Below, one piece after another: positions 26,441 through 34,689 of a stretch of DNA of 64,000 nucleotides. Positions within the stretch are counted from its first letter, which is position 1. Each line of letters begins with the position of its first letter. Made by a program: the position numbers and the translations under genes. The notes beneath the pieces are model-generated. The model had not been told where the DNA came from. It saw nothing but the letters and a program-made list of their open reading frames with translations, and searched no databases. The stretch is from the IMG/VR virus record IMGVR_UViG_2595698877_000001, positions 4,381 through 68,380 of that record. One strand, 5' to 3'. The DNA comes from a virus (Duplodnaviria > Heunggongvirae > Uroviricota > Caudoviricetes > Herelleviridae).

Positions 26441-26728
26441 TTAATTTCCCTCCGCTACCCTATTTTTCTTTTCTAATAAACCATATCGTTTTGACTCCAG
26501 TTCCCTATTTTCTGCATCAGTTAAATCCTCGAATAATTCTCTGTAGCTTACTTTGAATAAATCTTCTAGCTCCATTAACTTTTCTTGTCTTGGGAACTTT
26601 AGTCCACCTTCCCAGTTACTTACTGTTGAGAAACTTACCCCCAACTTGTCTCCTAATGAATACGTTGTATAACCTGCATCCATTCTATATTTTTTCAATC
26701 TCTTAGGTGTTCGTTCTTTTTTTGCCAT
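26441..26728 (-). CDS. XRE/Cro-C1-type HTH transcriptional regulator
   Basis: LKKYR...GYT...LG..LGVS..TVSNWE.G..FP...L..L..LF. Confidence 0.92.
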   Translation of the reverse strand: MAKKERTPKRLKKYRMDAGYTTYSLGDKLGVSFSTVSNWEGGLKFPRQEKLMELEDLFKVSYRELFEDLTDAENRELESKRYGLLEKKNRVAEGN

Positions 26729-26772
26729 TCTATTTTGACACTCCTCTTCTTTTTATTTGTTGTTGTACATCT

Positions 26773-26801
26773 ACAATAGCACCTTATTTCCTAAATGTCA
26801 A
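26773..26801 (-). promoter_or_regulatory. sigma-A-type promoter of the XRE operon
   Basis: TTGACA-17-TATTGT. Confidence 0.75.
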
Positions 26802-26806
26802 CAACA

Positions 26807-27180
26807 TTCCCTAATTATTTTTTGAAGCAAATCTTACACTACCTAGTATATCTTTTCTGAGTACAAGTTATTCCTAATAAAATAACTATTCCCTATTTTA
26901 TTTTAACTTTTTCCTGATGAAATAGGTTTACCTTATTATTGAGAAACCCTTATATATCAAGGTTTATCTGACATATTATTAATTCTTATTCTGACTAAAG
27001 TATTAATTTTTAAATAAATAATAAGTAATATTCCTGATACTATTCCCTATTTTATTTTTAACTGTTCCCTATATCTATTAGTGTATTTATTACTTATATT
27101 TAATTACATATATAATATTTAATATTAGTTATTTTATTTAGTTATATTTATTATACTCTACGTCCAAAAATTTAATTAAT
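26807..27180. repeat. direct repeats TATTCCCTATTTTATTTT plus AT-rich tract (putative replication origin)
   Basis: Copies at 26886-26905 and 27040-27058; shorter cores at 26807 and 27065; 27081-27160 has 8 G/C in 80 nt. Confidence 0.55.
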
Positions 27181-27415
27181 AAAAGACAAGTAGCTCATCA
27201 GGACAGACGAAGCCGACAGGAGCCGATTGAGCGATTCTAATGTAATTTATCTAACAATAAAGCAGGAACGCTGTACGAGGCTGCTAGGTACCTCATATAA
27301 GTTGATAAACGAGTTAAACCTTTGTCAAGATTAACCCTAAAATAAATATTCAGAATTTTTAAAATATTTTACTTGTTAGTGTGTATTTTTCTTCAATACA
27401 GGTTATAATATAAGT

Positions 27416-27604
27416 ATAGGTTCCCCCATAACCTATCAGTATCTAGTTTTCTCCTCCTCTGATTCGTGAAATCTTAGATACATGTTTTGTTAGGCATATT
27501 ATCCTTCTCACTTTGAATAGGTTTAACTTTTCATTCGTTTTATGCTAACACGCTCTTAAATGAAACGGATTCGCCCTACTACGTATCGTGGTGGGGCATT
27601 TTTT
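27416..27604 (+). ncRNA. candidate ~190-nt sRNA with C/U-rich loops
   Basis: TATAAT at 27404-27409; three stem-loops; 11-bp terminator 27573-27597 + T-tract; no SD-led ORF. Confidence 0.6.
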
Positions 27605-27703
27605 ATGTCCGCAAAAACAGGGAGATACCTTATATATGGTATAATAGAAGTAAGGACATTTCCGACAAAATCAACTACTTAGTACTATATTAATAAATAG
27701 GGT

Positions 27704-27976
27704 GTGGTTTTATTGACCTCATATCAAAAAGATGAAAAATGGAATAAAGCAAAGCAACTTTTAGCTACAGGTTTAACTTGGATTGAAGTGGTTAGTTACT
27801 ACAGGCTCTTAGGTGGAACGAAAGTGAAAGTGTACGCCATCTTAGACCGAGAGAAGTTGTTAATCATGGATATGACTGGAGATAAGAATGTAGCCTTAAT
27901 TGATGCGAACGGGGAAATAGTCTATGCAAGTTATCTAGATGTCAAGAACAGTCGTAAGGTTTTCGAATACAGATAA
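27704..27976 (+). CDS. conserved hypothetical protein upstream of portal
   Basis: 90 aa after TGGTATAAT (27637) and TATATTA (27686) promoters. Confidence 0.75.
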   Translation: MVLLTSYQKDEKWNKAKQLLATGLTWIEVVSYYRLLGGTKVKVYAILDREKLLIMDMTGDKNVALIDANGEIVYASYLDVKNSRKVFEYR

Positions 27977-27983
27977 TTCAGAA

Positions 27984-28000
27984 TATTCCCTATTTTATTT
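27984..28000 (+). repeat. 17-bp copy of TATTCCCTATTTTATTT motif in the portal leader
   Basis: Identical to the cores at 26887 and 27041. Confidence 0.75.
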
Positions 28001-28014
28001 GAATAGAAGGTGGA

Positions 28015-29751
28015 ATGCAAATGGGATTCTGGGATTTCCTAAAAAAAGCTCCTTCAAATCCGCTAGAGTTATTGAATCCAGAGGACAAGCACTCTGAGAT
28101 ATCTACAATGATTCGACAGATTGAAGAAGAGCAGATTATGAAAAGTACAACAGCCAAAGAAGGTAGAGCTAAAGCTTACGAAGAACCGATATTAGGTCAG
28201 TTCTCAATTAACCCTGATTACAAAGAAGCTCCTTCAAAAGATGGTAACTACAATCTGTTAGAAAACCTAAAGTTGTGGTCACGAAAGAACATTATCGTGA
28301 ATGCCATCATCAATACCCGCGTTAACCAAGTCTCAATGTTCTGTAGTCCAGCTCGATATAGTTCGAGAGGTGTGGGCTACGAGGTTCGATTGAAAGACCC
28401 GTTTAAAGACCCAACTACACATGAAGAAGCTGCAATCCAGCGCATAGAAGACTTCCTGCAATACACCGGAAAGGTTAAGGACGACTTCACACGAGATAAC
28501 TTCCGTGGATTCATTAAGAAGATTATCCGTGACCGCCTTATTTATGACAAGATTAACTTCGAATTAATCTACAATAAACAGGGCGAATTAACTCGTTTCA
28601 AAGCCGTTGACGCTTCTACAATCTATGTAGCGGTTGATAAGGAAGGTAAAGAACCTAAAGGCGATAACGCTGATAAGTTCGTACAGGTATTAGACCGCAG
28701 ACCAGTAGCTCATTTCAAAGCAAAAGAGATGGCTTGGGAAGTACATAACCCGCGTACTGACATGACTGTAGGTAGGTATGGTTATTCAGAACTAGAATTA
28801 GCAATGAATCACTTACAATACCATGAGAACACAGAGTTATTCAATGCTCGTTACTTCGCTCAAGGTGGTACGACTCGCGGATTACTTCACATCAAAACTG
28901 GACAAGACCAATCAAGACATGCTTTACAGGCATTCCGTCGCGAATGGCAAACAATGTTTAGTGGCATTAATGGTGCTTGGAAGATTCCGGTTGTATCCGC
29001 AGAAGATGTTAAGTTCATCAATATGACTCAATCATCGAGAGATATGGAGTTTGAAAGATGGCTAAACTATCTAATCAACGTTTTATGTAGTATCTACGCT
29101 ATCGACCCATCGGAGATTAACTTCCCGAACCGTGGCGGAGCTACTGGTAGTTCTGGTAGCACACTAAACGAAACAAGCGCACGAGAAAAGAACCGTATCT
29201 CTCGTGACAAAGGATTAGAGCCTCTATTAAAGTTCCTAGAGGACGCAATTAACAAATACATAGTTTCACAGTTTGGTGACAAGTACATATTCACATTCGT
29301 TGGTGGAGACGCACAGACAGAACGTGAAATCTTAGAAACTCTTGAATTACAATCTAAAGTTGGTCTTACATTTAATGATATTCGTAAGAAGCTTGGCTAT
29401 CCTCCAGTAGAGGGTGGAGACGTAATCAACAGTGGTGTTCACGTACAAAGTCTAGGTCAAATCATGCAAGAGAAAATGATGGAGCAACAGTTCGCATTAC
29501 AGAAACAAGAAGCCAAACAAGCGAATGCAGCAGCTAAAACCAAGACACCAACCAAAGAGCAGTCAGAAGCACAGCAGAAAGGCATGAACGGTGATTCCGG
29601 TAATGTCAATGGTAAAGGAACCTATAACAAGACCGTAGGTAAGGATGGTCAAGTAAAAGGAGCTAGAAATACCAACTCTGCAAAGCAAGGCGGCAAAGGA
29701 AACAACGGTGAAACTGTAAATAGTGATGCTAAGAAGGGCGGTAAGAAGTAA
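28015..29751 (+). CDS. portal protein
   Basis: 578 aa; SPO1/Twort-type portal motifs (RDRLIYDKINFE, YFAQGGTTRGLL, IDPSEINFPN). Confidence 0.93.
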   Translation: MQMGFWDFLKKAPSNPLELLNPEDKHSEISTMIRQIEEEQIMKSTTAKEGRAKAYEEPILGQFSINPDYKEAPSKDGNYNLLENLKLWSRKNIIVNAIINTRVNQVSMFCSPARYSSRGVGYEVRLKDPFKDPTTHEEAAIQRIEDFLQYTGKVKDDFTRDNFRGFIKKIIRDRLIYDKINFELIYNKQGELTRFKAVDASTIYVAVDKEGKEPKGDNADKFVQVLDRRPVAHFKAKEMAWEVHNPRTDMTVGRYGYSELELAMNHLQYHENTELFNARYFAQGGTTRGLLHIKTGQDQSRHALQAFRREWQTMFSGINGAWKIPVVSAEDVKFINMTQSSRDMEFERWLNYLINVLCSIYAIDPSEINFPNRGGATGSSGSTLNETSAREKNRISRDKGLEPLLKFLEDAINKYIVSQFGDKYIFTFVGGDAQTEREILETLELQSKVGLTFNDIRKKLGYPPVEGGDVINSGVHVQSLGQIMQEKMMEQQFALQKQEAKQANAAAKTKTPTKEQSEAQQKGMNGDSGNVNGKGTYNKTVGKDGQVKGARNTNSAKQGGKGNNGETVNSDAKKGGKK

Positions 29752-29915
29752 TGACCAATTACGAAAAAGGATTACTAGATGGTTACCGTATCGCGCTGTA
29801 TAATAAACTTCCTAGATTCGGTTGCGAAGGTGACGATACTCCTGAGTACAAACAAGGTATACGAGATGGACAAGTACTTCAAGAGATTGATTATCGAAAG
29901 AAAACATGGAAATAA
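29751..29915 (+). CDS. small hypothetical protein (54 aa, not in track)
   Basis: TAATG-coupled to portal; MTNYEKGLLDGYRIALYNKLPRFGCEGDDTPEYKQGIRDGQVLQEIDYRKKTWK. Confidence 0.6.
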   Translation: MTNYEKGLLDGYRIALYNKLPRFGCEGDDTPEYKQGIRDGQVLQEIDYRKKTWK

Positions 29916-29931
29916 ATAGAATAACCCTCGA

Positions 29932-29981
29932 CTAAGTGGTACTTTTGCTATATTAATATCAGTTACTATCGTACCACTTAG
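29932..29981 (+). promoter_or_regulatory. late promoter inside an 11-bp inverted repeat
   Basis: CTAAGTGGTAC...TATATTA(29949-29955)...GTACCACTTAG abutting SD AAAGGAGG. Confidence 0.7.
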
Positions 29982-29990
29982 AAAGGAGGA

Positions 29991-30806
29991 ATGCAGTTGG
30001 AAACATATGTGGATAAAGCAACAGGTAAGTTTAATATGTTCGTACCAATCGACATTGAAGAATCTATTAAAAAGAATGACGATTCTCCTTCCGAGAAATC
30101 TTGGTATCTTCGTGGGTACGCAACTACTCGTGATTTAGACCGACAGGATGACATTGTTGACCCTGCTGGTATCGACATCAATTACTTCTTGCAACATGGA
30201 TATATAAACTATGAACATCAACAAGGAGACTTCTACAAAATAGGAGTTCCAACAGAAGGGACGTATGTTGACCCGGAAGTTGGTTTGTATGTTGAATGTA
30301 AACTATACAAGGACAACCCTTACGCTAAGACTATGTGGGATTTAGCAACAAACATTAAGAAGTCCGGTATCAAGCGTAAACTAGGATTCTCTGTAGAGGG
30401 GTTCGGTTACGGACGGGACGAAGATGACCCACGTATTCTTAAAAAGTTAAAAGTTACAAACGTAGCAGTAACATCGAATCCAGCTAACCCATTTGCAACA
30501 TGGGAACACTTTATGAAGTCCTTTACGGCTGGTTATCCTATCTCTCCAGAAAACGCTTTAGATGCTGGAGCATTAAGCCCGGAATCTTTTGCTAGAAGTC
30601 TTTATAACCTTACATGGACTTTAAAGAAATCTAGTGATTCTGAGTTTGAAGAAACATGGGATAAAATAGGAGATTACCTAGATGCGATGGATAGAAATAC
30701 TCCTGAGTGCGCGATGCTATTCTTGCAGATTGCTAAAGGATATTCTAGAAATGAAGCATTAGAGAAATTAAAAACATTTTATTCGAAATCCAGAAGGGAG
30801 CAATAA
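29991..30806 (+). CDS. prohead protease
   Basis: GYAT..DLDRQDD.V.P.G; INYEH; GFSVEG; VAVTSNPANP. Confidence 0.92.
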   Translation: MQLETYVDKATGKFNMFVPIDIEESIKKNDDSPSEKSWYLRGYATTRDLDRQDDIVDPAGIDINYFLQHGYINYEHQQGDFYKIGVPTEGTYVDPEVGLYVECKLYKDNPYAKTMWDLATNIKKSGIKRKLGFSVEGFGYGRDEDDPRILKKLKVTNVAVTSNPANPFATWEHFMKSFTAGYPISPENALDAGALSPESFARSLYNLTWTLKKSSDSEFEETWDKIGDYLDAMDRNTPECAMLFLQIAKGYSRNEALEKLKTFYSKSRREQ

Positions 30807-30809
30807 TTA

Positions 30810-31724
30810 ATGACACAAGTAAAAATTTCTGAGTTAACGAAAGAACTAGAGGGAATGTCAGAGAAGGAAGAAGTTTCAAAATCTATGGAACTAGCTGTCG
30901 AACAAGACGTTACCCCTGTAGCCGAGGCTAAAATTCCGGAACCAGAAGAGAAGGAAGAAGAAGCTAAAGAAGACGAAGAAAAAGTCGAAGAGGCTAAAGA
31001 AGAAGAGGAAGAAGTTGTCGAAAAGTCTGCTGATAAAAAAGAAGACAAAGAAGACAAAAAGGACGAGAAAGAAAAAGGCAAGGACAAGGAAAAAGGTAAA
31101 GATAAGGATAAAAAAGAGGACAAGGAAGAAGTTAAGAAATCTGAGGCACCTACAGCTCCAGCAGAAGCTTCTGAATTGATTTCTGGTGCAGAACTATTAA
31201 CTGCGTTCGAAGCCGTTGTAAAGTCTTATGAGGGCGTTAAAACAGAATTGAAAGAACAGCGTACTTCTATTATCGAAGAAGTAACTAAATCTATCCTTCC
31301 TGTGATTGAAAATATCGCTAAACATTTCGAGAACCTTAAGAAAGAAGAGGTTAAGGAAGAAGTAGTGGAAGAGCCTAAGGAAGAAGAAGTTAAAGAGCCT
31401 GAGGTTAAGGAAGAGGAAGAAGTGAAAGAGGAAGTTGTAGAAAAATCTATGACTGCTGTTGAAGAAGAGGAACCAGAAGGTAAAGCAGTAGAGTATATTG
31501 CTAAATCTGCTGATATCTTTGTCGAAGGTGACGAAAAAGAAGAGGAAGTAGTTGAAGAAGTATTTAAAGCTGCTGACTATACTTCTCAAGTAGTAGATAT
31601 CGCTATCGCTAGTAAATTTGATGCAGGTACTAACCACCGTGTATTCCACGCAGTTAACCGTGTCAAAGAAGGACGCGAAACAGAAGATGATATCGCAATC
31701 TTCAAAAAAGTTTTAGGTAAATAA
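30810..31724 (+). CDS. acidic scaffolding-like protein
   Basis: E/K low complexity; located between protease and capsid; internal EKS motifs resembling protease cleavage sites. Confidence 0.7.
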   Translation: MTQVKISELTKELEGMSEKEEVSKSMELAVEQDVTPVAEAKIPEPEEKEEEAKEDEEKVEEAKEEEEEVVEKSADKKEDKEDKKDEKEKGKDKEKGKDKDKKEDKEEVKKSEAPTAPAEASELISGAELLTAFEAVVKSYEGVKTELKEQRTSIIEEVTKSILPVIENIAKHFENLKKEEVKEEVVEEPKEEEVKEPEVKEEEEVKEEVVEKSMTAVEEEEPEGKAVEYIAKSADIFVEGDEKEEEVVEEVFKAADYTSQVVDIAIASKFDAGTNHRVFHAVNRVKEGRETEDDIAIFKKVLGK

Positions 31725-31752
31725 TCCATTTCCGAAAAAAATAAGTAAGAAG

Positions 31753-31835
31753 TGTTATATTATACTCGTAGGCTCTAAAAATACGAAAAGGTAGCTTCCC
31801 TCCTCCTAAGTTACCTTTTCCATTTGTGGTATAAT
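31753..31835 (+). promoter_or_regulatory. capsid leader: late promoter TGTTATATTA, 13-bp hairpin with CCCTCCTCCT loop, second promoter TGGTATAAT
   Basis: Motifs at 31753-31762, 31785-31820 and 31827-31835. Confidence 0.7.
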
Positions 31836-31909
31836 AGAGTTAAGGGGAGATAAATTACGTTATCAATAAAATATATAAAATACATATACTAGAAAGGAAG
31901 AATTTATAA

Positions 31910-33349
31910 ATGACAGAATTACAAAAAGAACAGAAAGTCGAAGCTCGTAAGCTCCCTGCTGGCGCAGAAGCGGAATTAGCGGAATTAGTTTCGAAGTCAT
32001 TTACAACTGGTACTGGTATTACTCCAGATACACAGCATGACGCAGCAGCTTTACGTCGTGAACTTTTAGACGACCAAGTAAAAATGCTTGCATTCACAAA
32101 TGGAGATTTCACTATTTATCCGTTGATTAACAAGCAACAAGTTAACTCAACAGTTGCTAAATACGCAGTCTTCAATCAACATGGTCGTACAGGTCACTCT
32201 CGTTTCGTTCGTGAGGTTGGGGTAGCATCTATCAATGACCCTAACATCCGTCAAAAAACGGTTCAAATGAAGTTCTTATCTGACACTAAGCAACAATCAC
32301 TTGCTGCTGGTTTAGTTAACAACATCGCTGACCCAATGACTATCTTAACGGAAGACGCAATCTCTGTAATTGCTAAATCTATCGAGTGGGCTATCTTCTA
32401 CGGTGACGCAGCATTAGCAGCAGAAGCAGACAACCAAGCTGGTATCGAGTTTGATGGTTTAACGAAGCTTATTGACGAAGCTACTAACGTTATCGACCTT
32501 AAAGGTGAACGTTTAGATGAGGCTACTTTAAACAAAGCGGCTGTAATCGTAGGTAAAGGTTATGGACGAGCTACAGATGCGTTTATGCCGATTGGTGTGC
32601 AAGCCGATTTTACTAACAATCTATTAGACCGTCAACGTGTAATTCAACCATCACAAGCTGGTGGATTCTCTACTGGATTCTCTATCAACCAGTTCTTATC
32701 TACTCGTGGTGCTATCAACTTACACGGTTCTACAATCATGGAGAACGACAACATCTTAGTTGACCGTATCCCAGAACCAAACGCTCCTCAAGCTCCTGCA
32801 TCTGTAACTGCTACAGTTAAGACAGGCGATAAAGGTGCATTCCGTCCAGTGAAAGATATTAAGACTCACGGTTACAAAGTAGTAGTACACTCTGATGATG
32901 CAGAATCATTAGCATCTGACGAAGTAACAGCAGTTGTAGCTAACCCTACTGACTCTGTATCAATCGCAGTTAAGCTTCAATCTTTATACCAAGCTAAACC
33001 GCAATTCATCTCTATCTACCGTAAAGGTAACGAGACAGGTCACTACTTCTTAATCGCTCGTGTTCCACTTTCTAAAGCGGATGAGAACGGTGTAATCACA
33101 TTCGTTGACCGTAACCAAGTGATTCCTGAGACTACTGATGTATTCATCGGTGAATTAACTCCACAAGTAATCAGTTTACTAGAGTTACTTCCAATGATGA
33201 AGTTACCATTAGCTCAAATGAACGCTACTACAACATTCACAGTCCTTTGGTACGGTGCATTAGCATTATACGCTCCTAAGAAATGGGTTCGTATCAAGAA
33301 CGTTCAGTACATCCCAGCTTTAGCAGCAGATGTTACTTACCGTCCTTAA
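31910..33349 (+). CDS. major capsid protein
   Basis: 479 aa; KSFTTG.GITP.TQ..AAALRRE.LD, GRTGHSRF.RE.G, LELLPMMKLPLA typical of Herelleviridae MCP. Confidence 0.96.
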   Translation: MTELQKEQKVEARKLPAGAEAELAELVSKSFTTGTGITPDTQHDAAALRRELLDDQVKMLAFTNGDFTIYPLINKQQVNSTVAKYAVFNQHGRTGHSRFVREVGVASINDPNIRQKTVQMKFLSDTKQQSLAAGLVNNIADPMTILTEDAISVIAKSIEWAIFYGDAALAAEADNQAGIEFDGLTKLIDEATNVIDLKGERLDEATLNKAAVIVGKGYGRATDAFMPIGVQADFTNNLLDRQRVIQPSQAGGFSTGFSINQFLSTRGAINLHGSTIMENDNILVDRIPEPNAPQAPASVTATVKTGDKGAFRPVKDIKTHGYKVVVHSDDAESLASDEVTAVVANPTDSVSIAVKLQSLYQAKPQFISIYRKGNETGHYFLIARVPLSKADENGVITFVDRNQVIPETTDVFIGELTPQVISLLELLPMMKLPLAQMNATTTFTVLWYGALALYAPKKWVRIKNVQYIPALAADVTYRP

Positions 33350-33368
33350 TTAATACATACCAAAACTA

Positions 33369-33446
33369 GTTAGGGTTTCTATTAGATAGGCATACCGACC
33401 TCTTAATTGAGGCGGTATAACCCTATGACAACTACCATACCCTAAC
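33369..33446 (+). other. structured RNA element in the capsid 3' UTR
   Basis: GTTAGGGT/ACCCTAAC outer stem enclosing the ATAGG-ATACCG-CCTC/GAGG-CGGTAT-CCTAT hairpin. Confidence 0.45.
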
Positions 33447-33496
33447 CTGATAATATCATAGTGTACGTCCTTTGACAACTAAATAAAAAATTGAAT

Positions 33497-33526
33497 AGGA
33501 GCAGACAAAAAATCTGCTCCTTTTTA
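33497..33526 (+). terminator. intrinsic terminator after the capsid gene
   Basis: AGGAGCAGA/TCTGCTCCT + T-tract. Confidence 0.85.
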
Positions 33527-33558
33527 TTTCAAAAAATACGATATAAAGGAGATTTATT

Positions 33559-33783
33559 ATGTTAGTAAATGAACAATTAGCAGGAAAGACAGTAGCATCA
33601 GCCTATGGAGATATTACCTTCAACGAGAAAGGTGAAGCTGTAGATATTAAACCAGAAGTAGAGAAAGCTTTAGCGCATGTTCAAGGATTCACTCTAGTAG
33701 AAGAAAAACCGGAACCAAAGAAAGAAGCTCCAGCAAAGAAAGCTCCGGCTAAAAAAGCTGCACCTAAAGCAGATAAAGAATAA
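33559..33783 (+). CDS. small head-associated protein
   Basis: 74 aa, KKAPAKK tail; conserved position after MCP. Confidence 0.7.
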   Translation: MLVNEQLAGKTVASAYGDITFNEKGEAVDIKPEVEKALAHVQGFTLVEEKPEPKKEAPAKKAPAKKAAPKADKE

Positions 33784-33795
33784 TAGGGAGTAGGG

Positions 33796-34674
33796 TTGTA
33801 TATGTTCACAAATAACGAAAGAGGAAATCAATATCAACATAACAACGAGAAACTAATCAATGTAGAAGATATTGAAAAACTACGACTAGAAGACTATGGA
33901 TTAACCGTAGATGCCATTAAAATGAATCACTTTGGTATTACTGTTACTGACCCTAGAACTGGTGAATACATGCCGGATGCATTCTATCAATCTAAGATAG
34001 AGCAAGCTGTAGCACAAGCAGAGAAGAAGTTGGACATCGTAATACTCCCTCGATACAACTCCGAACATCATGACTACTATCGTAATGATTTCGAAAGCTT
34101 CATGTTCATCAGACCAACTCAAAGACCTATCATGCAAGTAGAAAAGGTTACATTAGAGTATGGTGGAGGAACCGTTTTCGACTACCCTACGAAGTGGTGG
34201 AGAGTTTATAAGCTAGAGGGTCACTTAGAGATGTTACCAACTCTAATGCTGTCAGAATCGGGTCAGAACATGAATTTAGCGCAAGCCTACTCCGGTTATC
34301 CTATGATTGCTGGCATTCCTCATTTAGTAGGTAATAACTACGCTCCACAGATGTTCCATGTAGAGTATGTAGCTGGAATGTTACCCCCAAAACGAAGAGG
34401 CGTATCGCAACCGTGGGAAATGCACCCTGACTTATGGACACTCATTATCAAGATTGCTTTAAAAGAAGTATTCCAACAATGGGGTCGCTTAATTGTAGGT
34501 GCAGGTATCGCGTCTATGGATATCAGTATCGATGGTATTTCACAACACATTGATACAACTCAATCTGCTATGTATGGTGGAGCATCAGCCGATATCATGC
34601 AGCTAGATAGAGATATCCAAGAATTAGTAGATGGATTGAAATCTTACTATGGAGTTAACTTAGGAATTATTTAA
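33796..34674 (+). CDS. head-tail adaptor/neck protein
   Basis: 292 aa; synteny; SIDGISQ...TTQSA.YGG motif. Confidence 0.7.
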   Translation: MYMFTNNERGNQYQHNNEKLINVEDIEKLRLEDYGLTVDAIKMNHFGITVTDPRTGEYMPDAFYQSKIEQAVAQAEKKLDIVILPRYNSEHHDYYRNDFESFMFIRPTQRPIMQVEKVTLEYGGGTVFDYPTKWWRVYKLEGHLEMLPTLMLSESGQNMNLAQAYSGYPMIAGIPHLVGNNYAPQMFHVEYVAGMLPPKRRGVSQPWEMHPDLWTLIIKIALKEVFQQWGRLIVGAGIASMDISIDGISQHIDTTQSAMYGGASADIMQLDRDIQELVDGLKSYYGVNLGII

Positions 34675-34689
34675 GAGAGGAGGTAGAGT

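Noticed and set aside
26441-26728. XRE protein as a lysogeny repressor
   Set aside because: No integrase, att-associated genes or Cro/CI divergent switch in the window; the gene content is that of obligately lytic Herelleviridae.
27560-27682. 40-codon ORF starting within the sRNA 3' end
   Set aside because: No SD, and it runs through a terminator and two promoters.
26807-28000. Repeats as a CRISPR mini-array
   Set aside because: Spacing is irregular (154 bp, then >900 bp), the repeats are AT-rich and non-palindromic, one copy is inverted, and there are no cas genes.
30779-31649. Minus-strand ORFs of 114 and 150 aa opposite the scaffold gene
   Set aside because: Ser/Phe-rich shadows of the E/K low-complexity sense gene.
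33338-33370. +1 frameshift at the capsid C-terminus (CCT TAA), as in Listeria phages PSA/A118
   Set aside because: The +1 frame closes after about 7 codons, so no extension domain is possible.
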